From an uncultured Synergistales bacterium (lineage in GTDB: Bacteria; Synergistota; Synergistia; Synergistales; Aminobacteriaceae), in contig CALCQG010000081.1 of NCBI GenBank assembly GCA_937897575.1, positions 1 to 41,102 on the forward strand: DNA of 41,102 nt. Reading direction: 5' to 3'. How positions within the stretch are numbered: position 1 is the stretch's first letter; every line of letters starts with the position of its first letter. Under the pieces are notes generated by a model. It was not told the origin of the DNA, searched no databases, and saw only the letters and a list, made by a program, of their open reading frames with translations. Below, in pieces: positions 1 to 8,270 of this stretch. The position numbers were made by a program, and so were the translations under genes.

Positions 1-1161
1 AAAGCGGTCGAGGATGACCCCCGTGCCCCACTGGAAGACCACGATGCCAAGCACGCCGATCATGTTCATGGCGCCGAAGACGACGCCTCGTTCGTCCGGC
101 GGGGAGCAGGCCGTCACTGCGGCCAGGGAGAAGACCCCCCGGACGCCGGATGCCAGGCCCAGGACGAGGGTGGCAAGGCCGGCCAAGGGAAGGGAGCACC
201 CCCACCGCACGACGGCGAGGAGGAGGAGCCAGCAGAGCGCGTTGGCTATGCTCGCCCGGCGGACCGCCCGTGGCAGACGCTCTTTGGTCAGCACGATGCC
301 GCTGGTGAGCATGGGGCCGAGCATCCCTCCCACGCCGACGAGGGAGCTCCAGAACCGGGCGGCCCCAGCGGACCCTTGGAAGGCGGCGTGGAACCACGGG
401 GCGCCCCACAGCGCCTGGAAGGTCATCACGGAGGCCGTGGAGACGGCCCAGAGGATCTGGAGCGCCCTCGTCCTCCGGTTGCGGAAGATCAAGCCGATGG
501 CCTGCCCGATGCCCGTGAGGATGGAGATGGCGCCGCGATGCTCCGTTTTTCCGGCGGTCCGCCGGACGACATCGTCCCCTGAACGGCGAAGGAGGAAGAG
601 GGCCAGGATCAGGGGCAGCCCGGCCAGGAGGGCGAAGGTGGCCGTCATGCCGAATCGTTCGATCACGAAACCCAGAGGGGCGACGGCCAGGATGGAGCCC
701 AGGCTCGAGCAGGTGATGGTGATGGCGGCGTAGAAGCAGTACCGCTCCGACGGAAAGGCAAAGGACTGGTAGACGAGGGCGGCGGAGTACATGGGGGCGA
801 TGGTGAGCCCCGACAGGAGACGCCAGACCCCGAGCGTGAGGGGTGTCCGGGAGACGATCATGGGCAGACAGGAGAGAACAGTGAACAGAAGGGCCCAGAA
901 GACCACCCGGACGGGCCCGTGGCGGTCGTGGAGCGTGCCCGATACGGGTTGCATGAGGGCATAGGTGTAGAAGTGCAGGCTCGACAGGAAGCCGACGAGG
1001 GACGCGCTCATGCCGATGCGCTCCCCCTCGATGGGGAGCACCACCGTGGCCGAGATCCGGAAGAAGGAGGCCAGCAAGAACGCCCCGGCCAGGAGGAGGA
1101 AGACCGGGACGTTCGGGTCGACGATCAGGGATCGGAGAGTGCCTTTGGACGAGCCCGCCAT
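1..1161 (-). CDS. MFS transporter (3' end runs off the window)
   Basis: Not in the ORF track. Read by hand from ATG at 1161 (GGAG upstream): MAGSSKGTLRSLIVDPNVPVFLLLAGAFLLASFFRISATV...YALMQPVSGTLHDRHGPVRV. This has an MFS motif A variant (GxxxDRxGxxR) and many hydrophobic helices. Confidence 0.85.
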   Translation of the reverse strand, partial: MAGSSKGTLRSLIVDPNVPVFLLLAGAFLLASFFRISATVVLPIEGERIGMSASLVGFLSSLHFYTYALMQPVSGTLHDRHGPVRVVFWALLFTVLSCLPMIVSRTPLTLGVWRLLSGLTIAPMYSAALVYQSFAFPSERYCFYAAITITCSSLGSILAVAPLGFVIERFGMTATFALLAGLPLILALFLLRRSGDDVVRRTAGKTEHRGAISILTGIGQAIGLIFRNRRTRALQILWAVSTASVMTFQALWGAPWFHAAFQGSAGAARFWSSLVGVGGMLGPMLTSGIVLTKERLPRAVRRASIANALCWLLLLAVVRWGCSLPLAGLATLVLGLASGVRGVFSLAAVTACSPPDERGVVFGAMNMIGVLGIVVFQWGTGVILDRF

Positions 1162-1402
1162 AGAGGCTCCTTTCGTTGTCCTGCTCCTTCGCGGGGCTGT
1201 CAGGGGCGCTGCCGCGCGACGAGCCGACGGATATGGGAACAGAATACCATAGACCCGCTCTTCCCGCTCCGGCTGTGAAGAGAGGTCTCTCCGCTGCCAA
1301 AGCGCCGTCTCAAAAGAAAAAGACGAGAACACCCACTCCCCGGCGACGGCGTGCAGAAAGCGGCGAGATCAGGCTGCGGCGATCGGCCTCACGGCGTTCG
1401 GG

Positions 1403-3403
1403 TCAGGGCCTCTCCGTCTTCTGTGGTTCCGGCTTCGGCTTTCTGAAGAAGCGGACGACCTCCGCGTTCTGCTCCGGCGTCCCGGCCACGCCGATGTAGT
1501 CCCCTACGTGCAGTTCGAAGTCGCTGCCCGGATTGGGGATGAGCTCGCCGTCCCGCTGAACGGCCGCCACGGAGATGCCGAGGGTCTCCCGGATCCCCGC
1601 CTCGGAGAGCCGTTTCCCCGCCACGGGGTTCCCCTTGTGGATGTACACCCACTCCATGGCCATCATGTTCGTCGAGGACTGGAGGCTGTTCATGGCCTCG
1701 TACTCGGGGAACTTCCCGAAGACGGTCCCGTAGACCGTCCGCCTCATGGCCTCGATCTCCCTGTGAACGGCCGTGGCCACCATGCCGAAGTGGAGCAGCG
1801 TCTCCCTGGCCATCTCGATGGAGGCCTCCAGGTCCGGCTGGACGATGTCGCCCACGCCGTGATCCCTGAGGATGGAGACATCCTCCTCGCCGGCCGCCCA
1901 GGCCAGGATCTCCGCCTTCGGGTTTTGTCTCCGGATGCCCTTGATGACCTCCACGGTGCCCATGCCCTCGGAGGTCGTCATGACGACGAGCCGCGCAGCG
2001 TCCGTCTCGGCGGTCTGAAGAATCACGTCCTGGCTGGGGTCGCCGAGGATGAGCGACAGGCCGAGCTCCTTGCCCCGGAGGAAGTCCGAGTGGTTCGGCT
2101 CGATGATGACGTAGGGGATGTCGAAGCGCCGCAGCGCGTTCGCCAGATAGCGGGCGAGGGCTCCGCCCCCCGCGAGGAGCACGTGGCCGGAGAGCTTCTC
2201 GTCCGGAAGGTTCAGGGAGCGGATGTTCGACGATCCGCCGTTCCTCTTTATCCGCGAGTAGATGGGGCCCACGAGCCCCGACACGATCGGGGCGGCGATC
2301 ATGGAGAGGACCACGGCGTTCAGGGCGATGGAGTACTCCACCCGCCCCATGTATCCCGACGTCATGGCCGTCTGGAGGACGATGAAGGCGATCTCCGAGA
2401 TGGGGACCATGGTGAGGAGGGATGCCAGCGGGATGATGTTCCGGTACCCGAAGAGGTAGGTCACGGCCGAAAGAATGACCCCGCGCAAGAGGGTGGCGGC
2501 CGCCATGAGGAAGAGGGTGACCCCCGCGTGGGATGCCAGGACCTTCGGGTCCAGGAGCATGCCGATGGAGACGAAGAACAACAGGGAGAAGACGTCCCGG
2601 AGGGAGGTGATGTCCGAGAGGGCCCGCTTGCCGTAGTCCGACTCGCTGAGCACTAATCCGGCCATGAAGGCGCCGAAGGCGAAGGAGAGCCCGAAGGCGT
2701 AGGTCAGGTAGCCTATGCCCAGCCCGAGGGCCGTGATGGTCAGGATGAAGAGCTCCTGGGACTCCCACGTCGCAACGAACTTCAGGACCATGGGAATGGC
2801 CCTCGACCCGGCGTACGCCATGACCGCCACGAACCCGACCACCTTCAGGACGGGCGAGAGGACGCCCAGGACCGACAGCTCCGTGCCGAGCAGGCCGATG
2901 AGCAGCACCATGAGGGGGAGGACCATGATGTCCTGCACGATGGACATGCCAAGCATGACGCGGCTCGACAGGGTGCCGAGCTGCCCTCTGGACGCCAGGG
3001 TCTTCATGATGACCGACGTGCTGGACGACACGATGGAGACGGCGAACCACATGGAGGGCACGGCACCCCACCCGATGAACCGGCCGAGAGCGTAGCCGAT
3101 GAACAGCGTGAGGAAGACCTGGATGGCCGCGCCGCCGATGGTCACGTCCCGTATGGAGGCGATGCTCTTCATGGAGAACTCGAGTCCGAGGGAGAAGAGG
3201 AGCAGCGCCGCCCCCACCTCCGCGAGCCCGGCAACCTGATCGGGGTCGGTGATCGTGACGCCGCCCGTGTAGGGGCCTATGACGATGCCGGCGATGATGT
3301 AGCCGAAGATGAGCGGCTGGTTCAGCCGCTTCGCGACGATGCCGCCGATGAGTCCGGCTGTTACGACGATGATGAGATTGATGGCAAGGTCCATGGGAGC
3401 CAC
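1403..3403 (-). CDS. CPA2-family cation:proton antiporter (Kef/RosB-like) with TrkA-N and TrkA-C (RCK) domains
   Basis: 666-aa ORF with ~13 TM segments, LLFSLGLEFS, QD motif and FGAFMAG. Soluble C-terminus has GDPSQDVILQ (TrkA-N) and LSEAGIRETLGISVAAVQR...PGSDFEL (TrkA-C). Confidence 0.9.
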   Translation of the reverse strand: MAPMDLAINLIIVVTAGLIGGIVAKRLNQPLIFGYIIAGIVIGPYTGGVTITDPDQVAGLAEVGAALLLFSLGLEFSMKSIASIRDVTIGGAAIQVFLTLFIGYALGRFIGWGAVPSMWFAVSIVSSSTSVIMKTLASRGQLGTLSSRVMLGMSIVQDIMVLPLMVLLIGLLGTELSVLGVLSPVLKVVGFVAVMAYAGSRAIPMVLKFVATWESQELFILTITALGLGIGYLTYAFGLSFAFGAFMAGLVLSESDYGKRALSDITSLRDVFSLLFFVSIGMLLDPKVLASHAGVTLFLMAAATLLRGVILSAVTYLFGYRNIIPLASLLTMVPISEIAFIVLQTAMTSGYMGRVEYSIALNAVVLSMIAAPIVSGLVGPIYSRIKRNGGSSNIRSLNLPDEKLSGHVLLAGGGALARYLANALRRFDIPYVIIEPNHSDFLRGKELGLSLILGDPSQDVILQTAETDAARLVVMTTSEGMGTVEVIKGIRRQNPKAEILAWAAGEEDVSILRDHGVGDIVQPDLEASIEMARETLLHFGMVATAVHREIEAMRRTVYGTVFGKFPEYEAMNSLQSSTNMMAMEWVYIHKGNPVAGKRLSEAGIRETLGISVAAVQRDGELIPNPGSDFELHVGDYIGVAGTPEQNAEVVRFFRKPKPEPQKTERP

Positions 3404-3662
3404 CTCGGATTCCGGATGAAATAGGCAACCCCAGTATTGTCACACAAAGAGGGGAATTTTCAAGCCGTCGCCGGGGAACGGGCGGATAGTCCCACTGTTT
3501 CAGGGGCGCATCAGTCGACAGGAAGGACCGTCTGCGGGAGGAAAGGCAGTGGTATTCGATATTGGATTATTGATCATTCCTTTTTTGCATGATATATAAT
3601 AGGGTAGAATATCAAGTATGGTGCCGTGCAGGGACGTCCGTACGGCGGAAAGGAGGCCTTTC

Positions 3663-4376
3663 GTGGCTGGTGCAAGCTGCAACAGGGAGGTTCCACAGGT
3701 CGAGGGCGCGGGGACCAAGCCCTCCGAGCGACAAGAGGAGAAAAAGGAGGCCGTTCGCATGGGCGTGATGGTGGGGGAGAAGGCTCCGGATTTCACGGCG
3801 CCGGCGTACTACAAGGGGAAGTTCACCACGGTGAAGCTGTCGGACTATCTCGGCAAGTGGGTGGTCCTGTGCTTCTACCCGGGCGATTTCACCTTCGTCT
3901 GAGCGACTGAAGTGTCGGCGGTCGCCGACAATTACGATAAGTTCCAGAAGCTCGGCACGGAGGTCATCTCCATGAGCGTGGACAGCCAGTTCGTCCACAA
4001 GGTGTGGAACGATACGGAGCTCTCCAAGATGGTCGACGGCGGCGTGCCCTTCCACATGGCCTCCGACGGCGGCGGCGTCATAGGGACCATGTACGGCGTG
4101 TACAATGCCAAGAGCGGCGTGGACGTCCGCGGGCGGTTCCTCATCGACCCCGACGGCGTGATCCAGGCCATGGAGGTTCTGACGCCCCCGGTGGGCCGGA
4201 ACGTGGCCGAGACGCTGCGGCAGATCGCGGCCTTCCAGCACGTCCGCGAAACGGGCGGCAAGGAAGTGACCCCCTCGGGGTGGACGCCGGGCGGCAAGGT
4301 CCTGAAGCCGGGCGAGGACCTCGTGGCCAACGTCTGGAAGTTCTGGAACCCCAAGGACGTCTACGATAAGAAGTAG
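3663..4376 (+). CDS. prxU: Selenocysteine-containing peroxiredoxin (PrxU-like, AhpC/TSA family); TGA 3900-3902 read as Sec; alternative start ATG 3759
   Basis: The track ORFs 3618..3902 and 3912..4376 are in the same frame. Joined, they give [13 protein letters not shown], with TGA exactly at the peroxidatic Cys of the FYPxDFTFVCPTE motif. [10 protein letters not shown] and VGRN motifs follow. AGGAGG precedes both GTG 3663 and ATG 3759. Confidence 0.92.
3913..3930 (+). promoter_or_regulatory. Bacterial SECIS hairpin
   Basis: TGTCGGC-GGTC-GCCGACA: a perfect 7-bp stem with a G-initiated loop, starting 10 nt after the in-frame UGA. Confidence 0.8.
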
Positions 4377-4398
4377 AAGCCCTGAACCCTGAGGTGCG

Positions 4399-4424
4399 GG
4401 AGGCTCTTCGGAGCCTCCTTTTTT
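4399..4424 (+). terminator. Rho-independent terminator after peroxiredoxin
   Basis: GGAGGCTC-TTCG-GAGCCTCC followed by T6. Confidence 0.9.
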
Positions 4425-4493
4425 ATGCCCGCTCCCCGGCGAGAAAGGGCTCGAAGGGGTACAATGGGGCGGTCAGTCCGAAAGAGAAGGAGC

Positions 4494-5600
4494 GTGGCAA
4501 AGTTGACGGTCAAACCGAAGGGAACCTGGATGCACCGATTTCTGGTCAACCTCCTCACCGTCGTCCTCGCCGTCCTCGTGTTCTGGGTGCTCGGCTTCCT
4601 CGTCGAGGACATCGAGTCGATCCCAGGGCCCAGGTACGAGACGATCGAGGCACAGTTCGCCGATCCCGGGCTCGCGGCGAGGGACAAGGCGCTCGCGTCG
4701 GAGATGGAGGACCTCGACCGGGCCATATCGGCCAAACGGGACGCGATGCAGATCCTCAAGGACGGGTCCGACAACCTGCAGAACACGATCAACCAGCTGA
4801 TCGAACTCCAGAAGCTCTCGGTCCAGAAAGACGTCCCCCTCGCCGCAGCGGAGCGGGAAAACCTCTCCGAGAGCCTCGCCCGGTTCCTCCGGAGCCAGGA
4901 GGAGTATCAGGCCCGAAACGCCGAGTTCTCGGCCCTCGTGGACAAAAAGCGGACCCTGGAGGCGGAGCGGGTCGAGCTCGACAAGGTGCTCAGGGAGAAG
5001 GCCGAGCCCGTCGGGCGGGAGTACCGCCGGCAGCGGGAGAAGCACGATCTCTACCTCGCCGGGCTCCAGCTCCTCGTCCTCCTGCCCCTTCTGGCGGCGG
5101 GGGCCTACCTGATCGTCCGGAAGAGGGAGAGCCTCTACTTTCCTCTCTTCCTCGGCTACGGCGCGGCGGTGCTGCTGAAGATAGGCCTCGTCCTCCACAC
5201 CTACTTCCCGTCGCGGTACTTCAAGTATATCTTCGCCGCAGCCCTCCTCGTCGCGGTGGCCAAGCTTCTTGTGCACTTCATCCGGAGCATCGCCTTCCCG
5301 AAGGCCCAGTGGGTGGAGAAGCAGTACCGCGAGGGGTACGAGCGCTTCCTCTGCCCCGTGTGCGAGTTCCCCATCCGGCGCGGGCCGAGGAAGTACCTCT
5401 ACTGGACGCGGCGCACGGTGCACAAGGTCCCCCTGCCCGAGGGGACGGCCGAGGAGGAGCCCTACACCTGCCCCTCCTGCGGCACCACGCTGTTCGAGAA
5501 GTGCGATGTGTGCGGCGACATCCGGTACGCCCTCCTGACCTCCTGCCAGCACTGCGGCTCGGAGAAGAAAGAGGAACCGACCGTCCCGGACGCGGAGTAG
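4494..5600 (+). CDS. Hypothetical membrane protein: N-terminal TM, long coiled coil, 3 TMs, C-terminal zinc ribbons (4 CxxC)
   Basis: GTG 4494 follows AAGGAG (ATG 4530 also possible). Heptad-rich region, then CPVC, CPSC, CDVC, CQHC. Confidence 0.75.
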   Translation: MAKLTVKPKGTWMHRFLVNLLTVVLAVLVFWVLGFLVEDIESIPGPRYETIEAQFADPGLAARDKALASEMEDLDRAISAKRDAMQILKDGSDNLQNTINQLIELQKLSVQKDVPLAAAERENLSESLARFLRSQEEYQARNAEFSALVDKKRTLEAERVELDKVLREKAEPVGREYRRQREKHDLYLAGLQLLVLLPLLAAGAYLIVRKRESLYFPLFLGYGAAVLLKIGLVLHTYFPSRYFKYIFAAALLVAVAKLLVHFIRSIAFPKAQWVEKQYREGYERFLCPVCEFPIRRGPRKYLYWTRRTVHKVPLPEGTAEEEPYTCPSCGTTLFEKCDVCGDIRYALLTSCQHCGSEKKEEPTVPDAE

Positions 5601-5623
5601 ACCCAGGAGCCACGGCACGAGTG

Positions 5624-5661
5624 CACGGTGAAGGGCTCGGCAGGAGCCCTTCACCGTGTTT
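5624..5661 (+). terminator. Terminator-like hairpin
   Basis: CACGGTGAAGGGCTC-GGCAG-GAGCCCTTCACCGTG: 15-bp stem with a short T tail. Confidence 0.65.
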
Positions 5662-5720
5662 CGGATCAGCCCGTCGGGGTATAATACGGGGTATGGAACG
5701 GTTTTTGATCGGAGGTCTGC

Positions 5721-6479
5721 ATGAGATTTGTTCTGTATAACGTCCGGTACGGGACGGGGTCGGGGATTCACTATCATCTGCCCGTCCCCTATTCGGGCTG
5801 TCTCCGGAGGACGGAGGGCGCCTTTCTCCGGATCGCGGAGTACGTTGCGAAGCTGTCGCCCGACATCGTCGGGCTCGTGGAGGCGGACCTGGGGTCCTTC
5901 CGGCAGAACGGCTGCTGCCAGCCCGGGACCATGGCGTCGAAGATGGGCGGGACGCACTTCTCGGCCTGCCAGTATCGCCCGGGGGCGGCGCTCTCGCGGA
6001 CGCCCCTGCTCAAGTCCCAGGGCAACGCGGTGGTGACGAAGCTCCCCGTCCTGTCGACGACGGCCCACTCCTTCCGCCGGGGGATCAAGCGGTCGCTCCT
6101 GGAGGTTGAGTTCGATGAGTTCATCCTCTATCTTGTCCATCTCTCCCTGGGGTACCGGGTTCGGACGAAGCAGATCGCCGAGCTCGCCGAGCGGTGTGCG
6201 GCGGCGGAGAAACCCATGATCGTCGCCGGGGACGGGAACACCTATGCCGGGCGGAGAGAGTTCTACCCCCTGATCAAGGCCCTCCGGCTGCGCAACGCCA
6301 ACGCGGAGAACCTGCCGACCTATCCGAGCAGCATGCCCACCCTGCCGCTGGACTTCGTCCTCTACAGCCGGGGCATAGTGGTCGACGAGTTCCGGGTCCC
6401 CCGGGTGCGCTTCTCGGACCATCTGCCCGTGGTCTGCGACTTCCGGGTCCTCCCCCGAGGGGAGGGCAGGACGCCATGA
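5721..6479 (+). CDS. Endonuclease/exonuclease/phosphatase (EEP) family protein
   Basis: YNV, DIVGLVE, HLSL, GDGN, LDFVL and SDHLPV motifs. RBS GGAGG; TATAAT at 5680-5685. Confidence 0.9.
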   Translation: MRFVLYNVRYGTGSGIHYHLPVPYSGCLRRTEGAFLRIAEYVAKLSPDIVGLVEADLGSFRQNGCCQPGTMASKMGGTHFSACQYRPGAALSRTPLLKSQGNAVVTKLPVLSTTAHSFRRGIKRSLLEVEFDEFILYLVHLSLGYRVRTKQIAELAERCAAAEKPMIVAGDGNTYAGRREFYPLIKALRLRNANAENLPTYPSSMPTLPLDFVLYSRGIVVDEFRVPRVRFSDHLPVVCDFRVLPRGEGRTP

Positions 6480-7921
6480 CCCCCTGGGCGCTGCTGTACT
6501 ACCTCTACGACCTCTCCTCTTTCTGCATCCGGCTCTTCATGCTCTTCTATCTGCCCCTGAAGCACAGCCCGACGACGGCCACGTCCTGGCTGCTCGCCGT
6601 CTACCTGTGGCCCTGGCCCGTAGCGGTGCTCTACGCCGTCTTCGGCTCCACGTCCCTCCCCGCGGAGCGGACGGTCAGGCATGAAAAACTGCTGTCGAGC
6701 ATCGAGAAGGACAGTATGGGCTTCAGAACCCTGGTGCGGGACCCCTGCCCCGATCTCCCCGAGGACCTCTGCCGCTTCGCCGGTCTGGGGAGCACCATGT
6801 CCAACATGAACGTCACCGGCGGCAACGACTTCCAGATTCTCACGGAGAACGAGGAGTTCCTCGGCCGGCTGGCGGGCGACATCGAGAGGGCGCAGACCTC
6901 CGTCAATTTGCAGTACTACATCCTCTCGCGGGACAAGGCCACGGAGGTCTTTTTCGCCGCCCTCGAGAGGGCGGCGGGCCGAGGCGTCTCCTGCCGGCTT
7001 CTGGTGGATGCCGTCGGATCGAAGAAGTTTCTCAAGCGAGCGGCGAAGAGGCTTCGGAAAAGGGGCGTGCGCGTGGAGATGGCCCTCGAACCGAGGATAT
7101 TCCGGAAGTCCCCCATCACCGCCCGGTACGACCTCCGGAATCACCGAAAGATCGCCGTCATCGACGGCCTCGTGGGGTACACGGGGTCGCACAACGTCAT
7201 CGACTGCGCCTACGACGGCAAGGCCAAGGGACGGCAGTGGCACGACCTCACCCTTCGTCTCACGGGGCCCGTGGTCTCCCAGCTTCAGGGGGTCTTCACC
7301 GAGGATTGGTATGTCGAGACGAGGGAGCTTCTCTCCATCGAGCGGAACTTCCCGACGCCCCTCCGGACGGGCAACGCCGTGATCCAGTCCGTCCCCAGCG
7401 GACCGTCCTACCCCCTGCAGAACTATCAGCGCCTTGTCGTCTCGGCCCTGCACCGGGCGAAGGAGCGCATCGTCATCACCACCCCGTACCTCATCCCCGA
7501 CGACGAACTGCTGCACGCCCTCGAGACGGCGACGCTGAGCGGCGTCGAGGTACAGCTCGTGGTCCCGGAGCGGGGGGACCAGTTCATCGTCGGCAGCGCG
7601 GCCAAAGCCTACTACGATGTGCTGTTCGACATGGGCGTGGCGATCCACCTCTACCCCGACGGTATCCTGCACTCCAAGACCATGACCGTGGACGACGATC
7701 TCGCCTTCGTCGGGACGAGCAACTTCGACATCCGGTCCTTCGCGCTCAACTTCGAGATCAACCTCGTCCTCTACGGCCCCGAGGAGACGGAGGCCATCCG
7801 CTCCGTCCAGAAGGACTACCTCGCCCGCTCCTACCGCCTGACCTCCGAGGAGTGGGGCGAACTGCCCTTCTATCGGCGGGCCATCTACGGCATCACCAAG
7901 CTCTTCAGCCCACTCTTGTAA
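6476..7921 (+). CDS. cls: Cardiolipin synthase (PLD superfamily)
   Basis: Two HKD motifs (RNHRKIAVID, LHSKTMTVDD) and two N-terminal TMs. The start overlaps the EEP stop (ATGA at 6476-6479). Confidence 0.92.
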   Translation: MTPWALLYYLYDLSSFCIRLFMLFYLPLKHSPTTATSWLLAVYLWPWPVAVLYAVFGSTSLPAERTVRHEKLLSSIEKDSMGFRTLVRDPCPDLPEDLCRFAGLGSTMSNMNVTGGNDFQILTENEEFLGRLAGDIERAQTSVNLQYYILSRDKATEVFFAALERAAGRGVSCRLLVDAVGSKKFLKRAAKRLRKRGVRVEMALEPRIFRKSPITARYDLRNHRKIAVIDGLVGYTGSHNVIDCAYDGKAKGRQWHDLTLRLTGPVVSQLQGVFTEDWYVETRELLSIERNFPTPLRTGNAVIQSVPSGPSYPLQNYQRLVVSALHRAKERIVITTPYLIPDDELLHALETATLSGVEVQLVVPERGDQFIVGSAAKAYYDVLFDMGVAIHLYPDGILHSKTMTVDDDLAFVGTSNFDIRSFALNFEINLVLYGPEETEAIRSVQKDYLARSYRLTSEEWGELPFYRRAIYGITKLFSPLL

Positions 7922-8270
7922 TCCGTCGGATACCGGTGTTATCATCGGTGTGAAAGATAAACCGTGCAATCACATCCGATCGCCTGTGAGCACCTGCGGC
8001 GCTGTTTGTGCAAACCGGGTGTCCTTTGGAAGGGACCAAGAGGCGCTGACGACCCTGCGGCATTTACCCGTGCCGCAGGGCATTGAAGAGAGAACGTCCT
8101 GTCCTGAACGGGACGTTCCCGCTTTTCAAAGAAGGAGGTATGCGAAAAACATCCTGTTTTCCCGGTCGCGCTTCGTTTCCGCTCTCTTTGGTTTTGATCG
8201 GTTTTTCTTCGTCGGTGCATGAAGAGTCCGATGAGAAGAGGAACCCACGTTTGAAAGGAGAGGTAACCCT

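Noticed and set aside
3618..4376. Peroxiredoxin as a nonsense pseudogene or as two genes
   Set aside because: The stop is TGA exactly at the catalytic residue, followed by a SECIS-like hairpin, and the frame is otherwise intact.
8035..8240. Lysine, SAM-I or T-box riboswitch before nhaC (AGAGGCGC and GATGAGA fragments)
   Set aside because: The other conserved core elements and the T-box UGGNACC bulge are not present in the right order.
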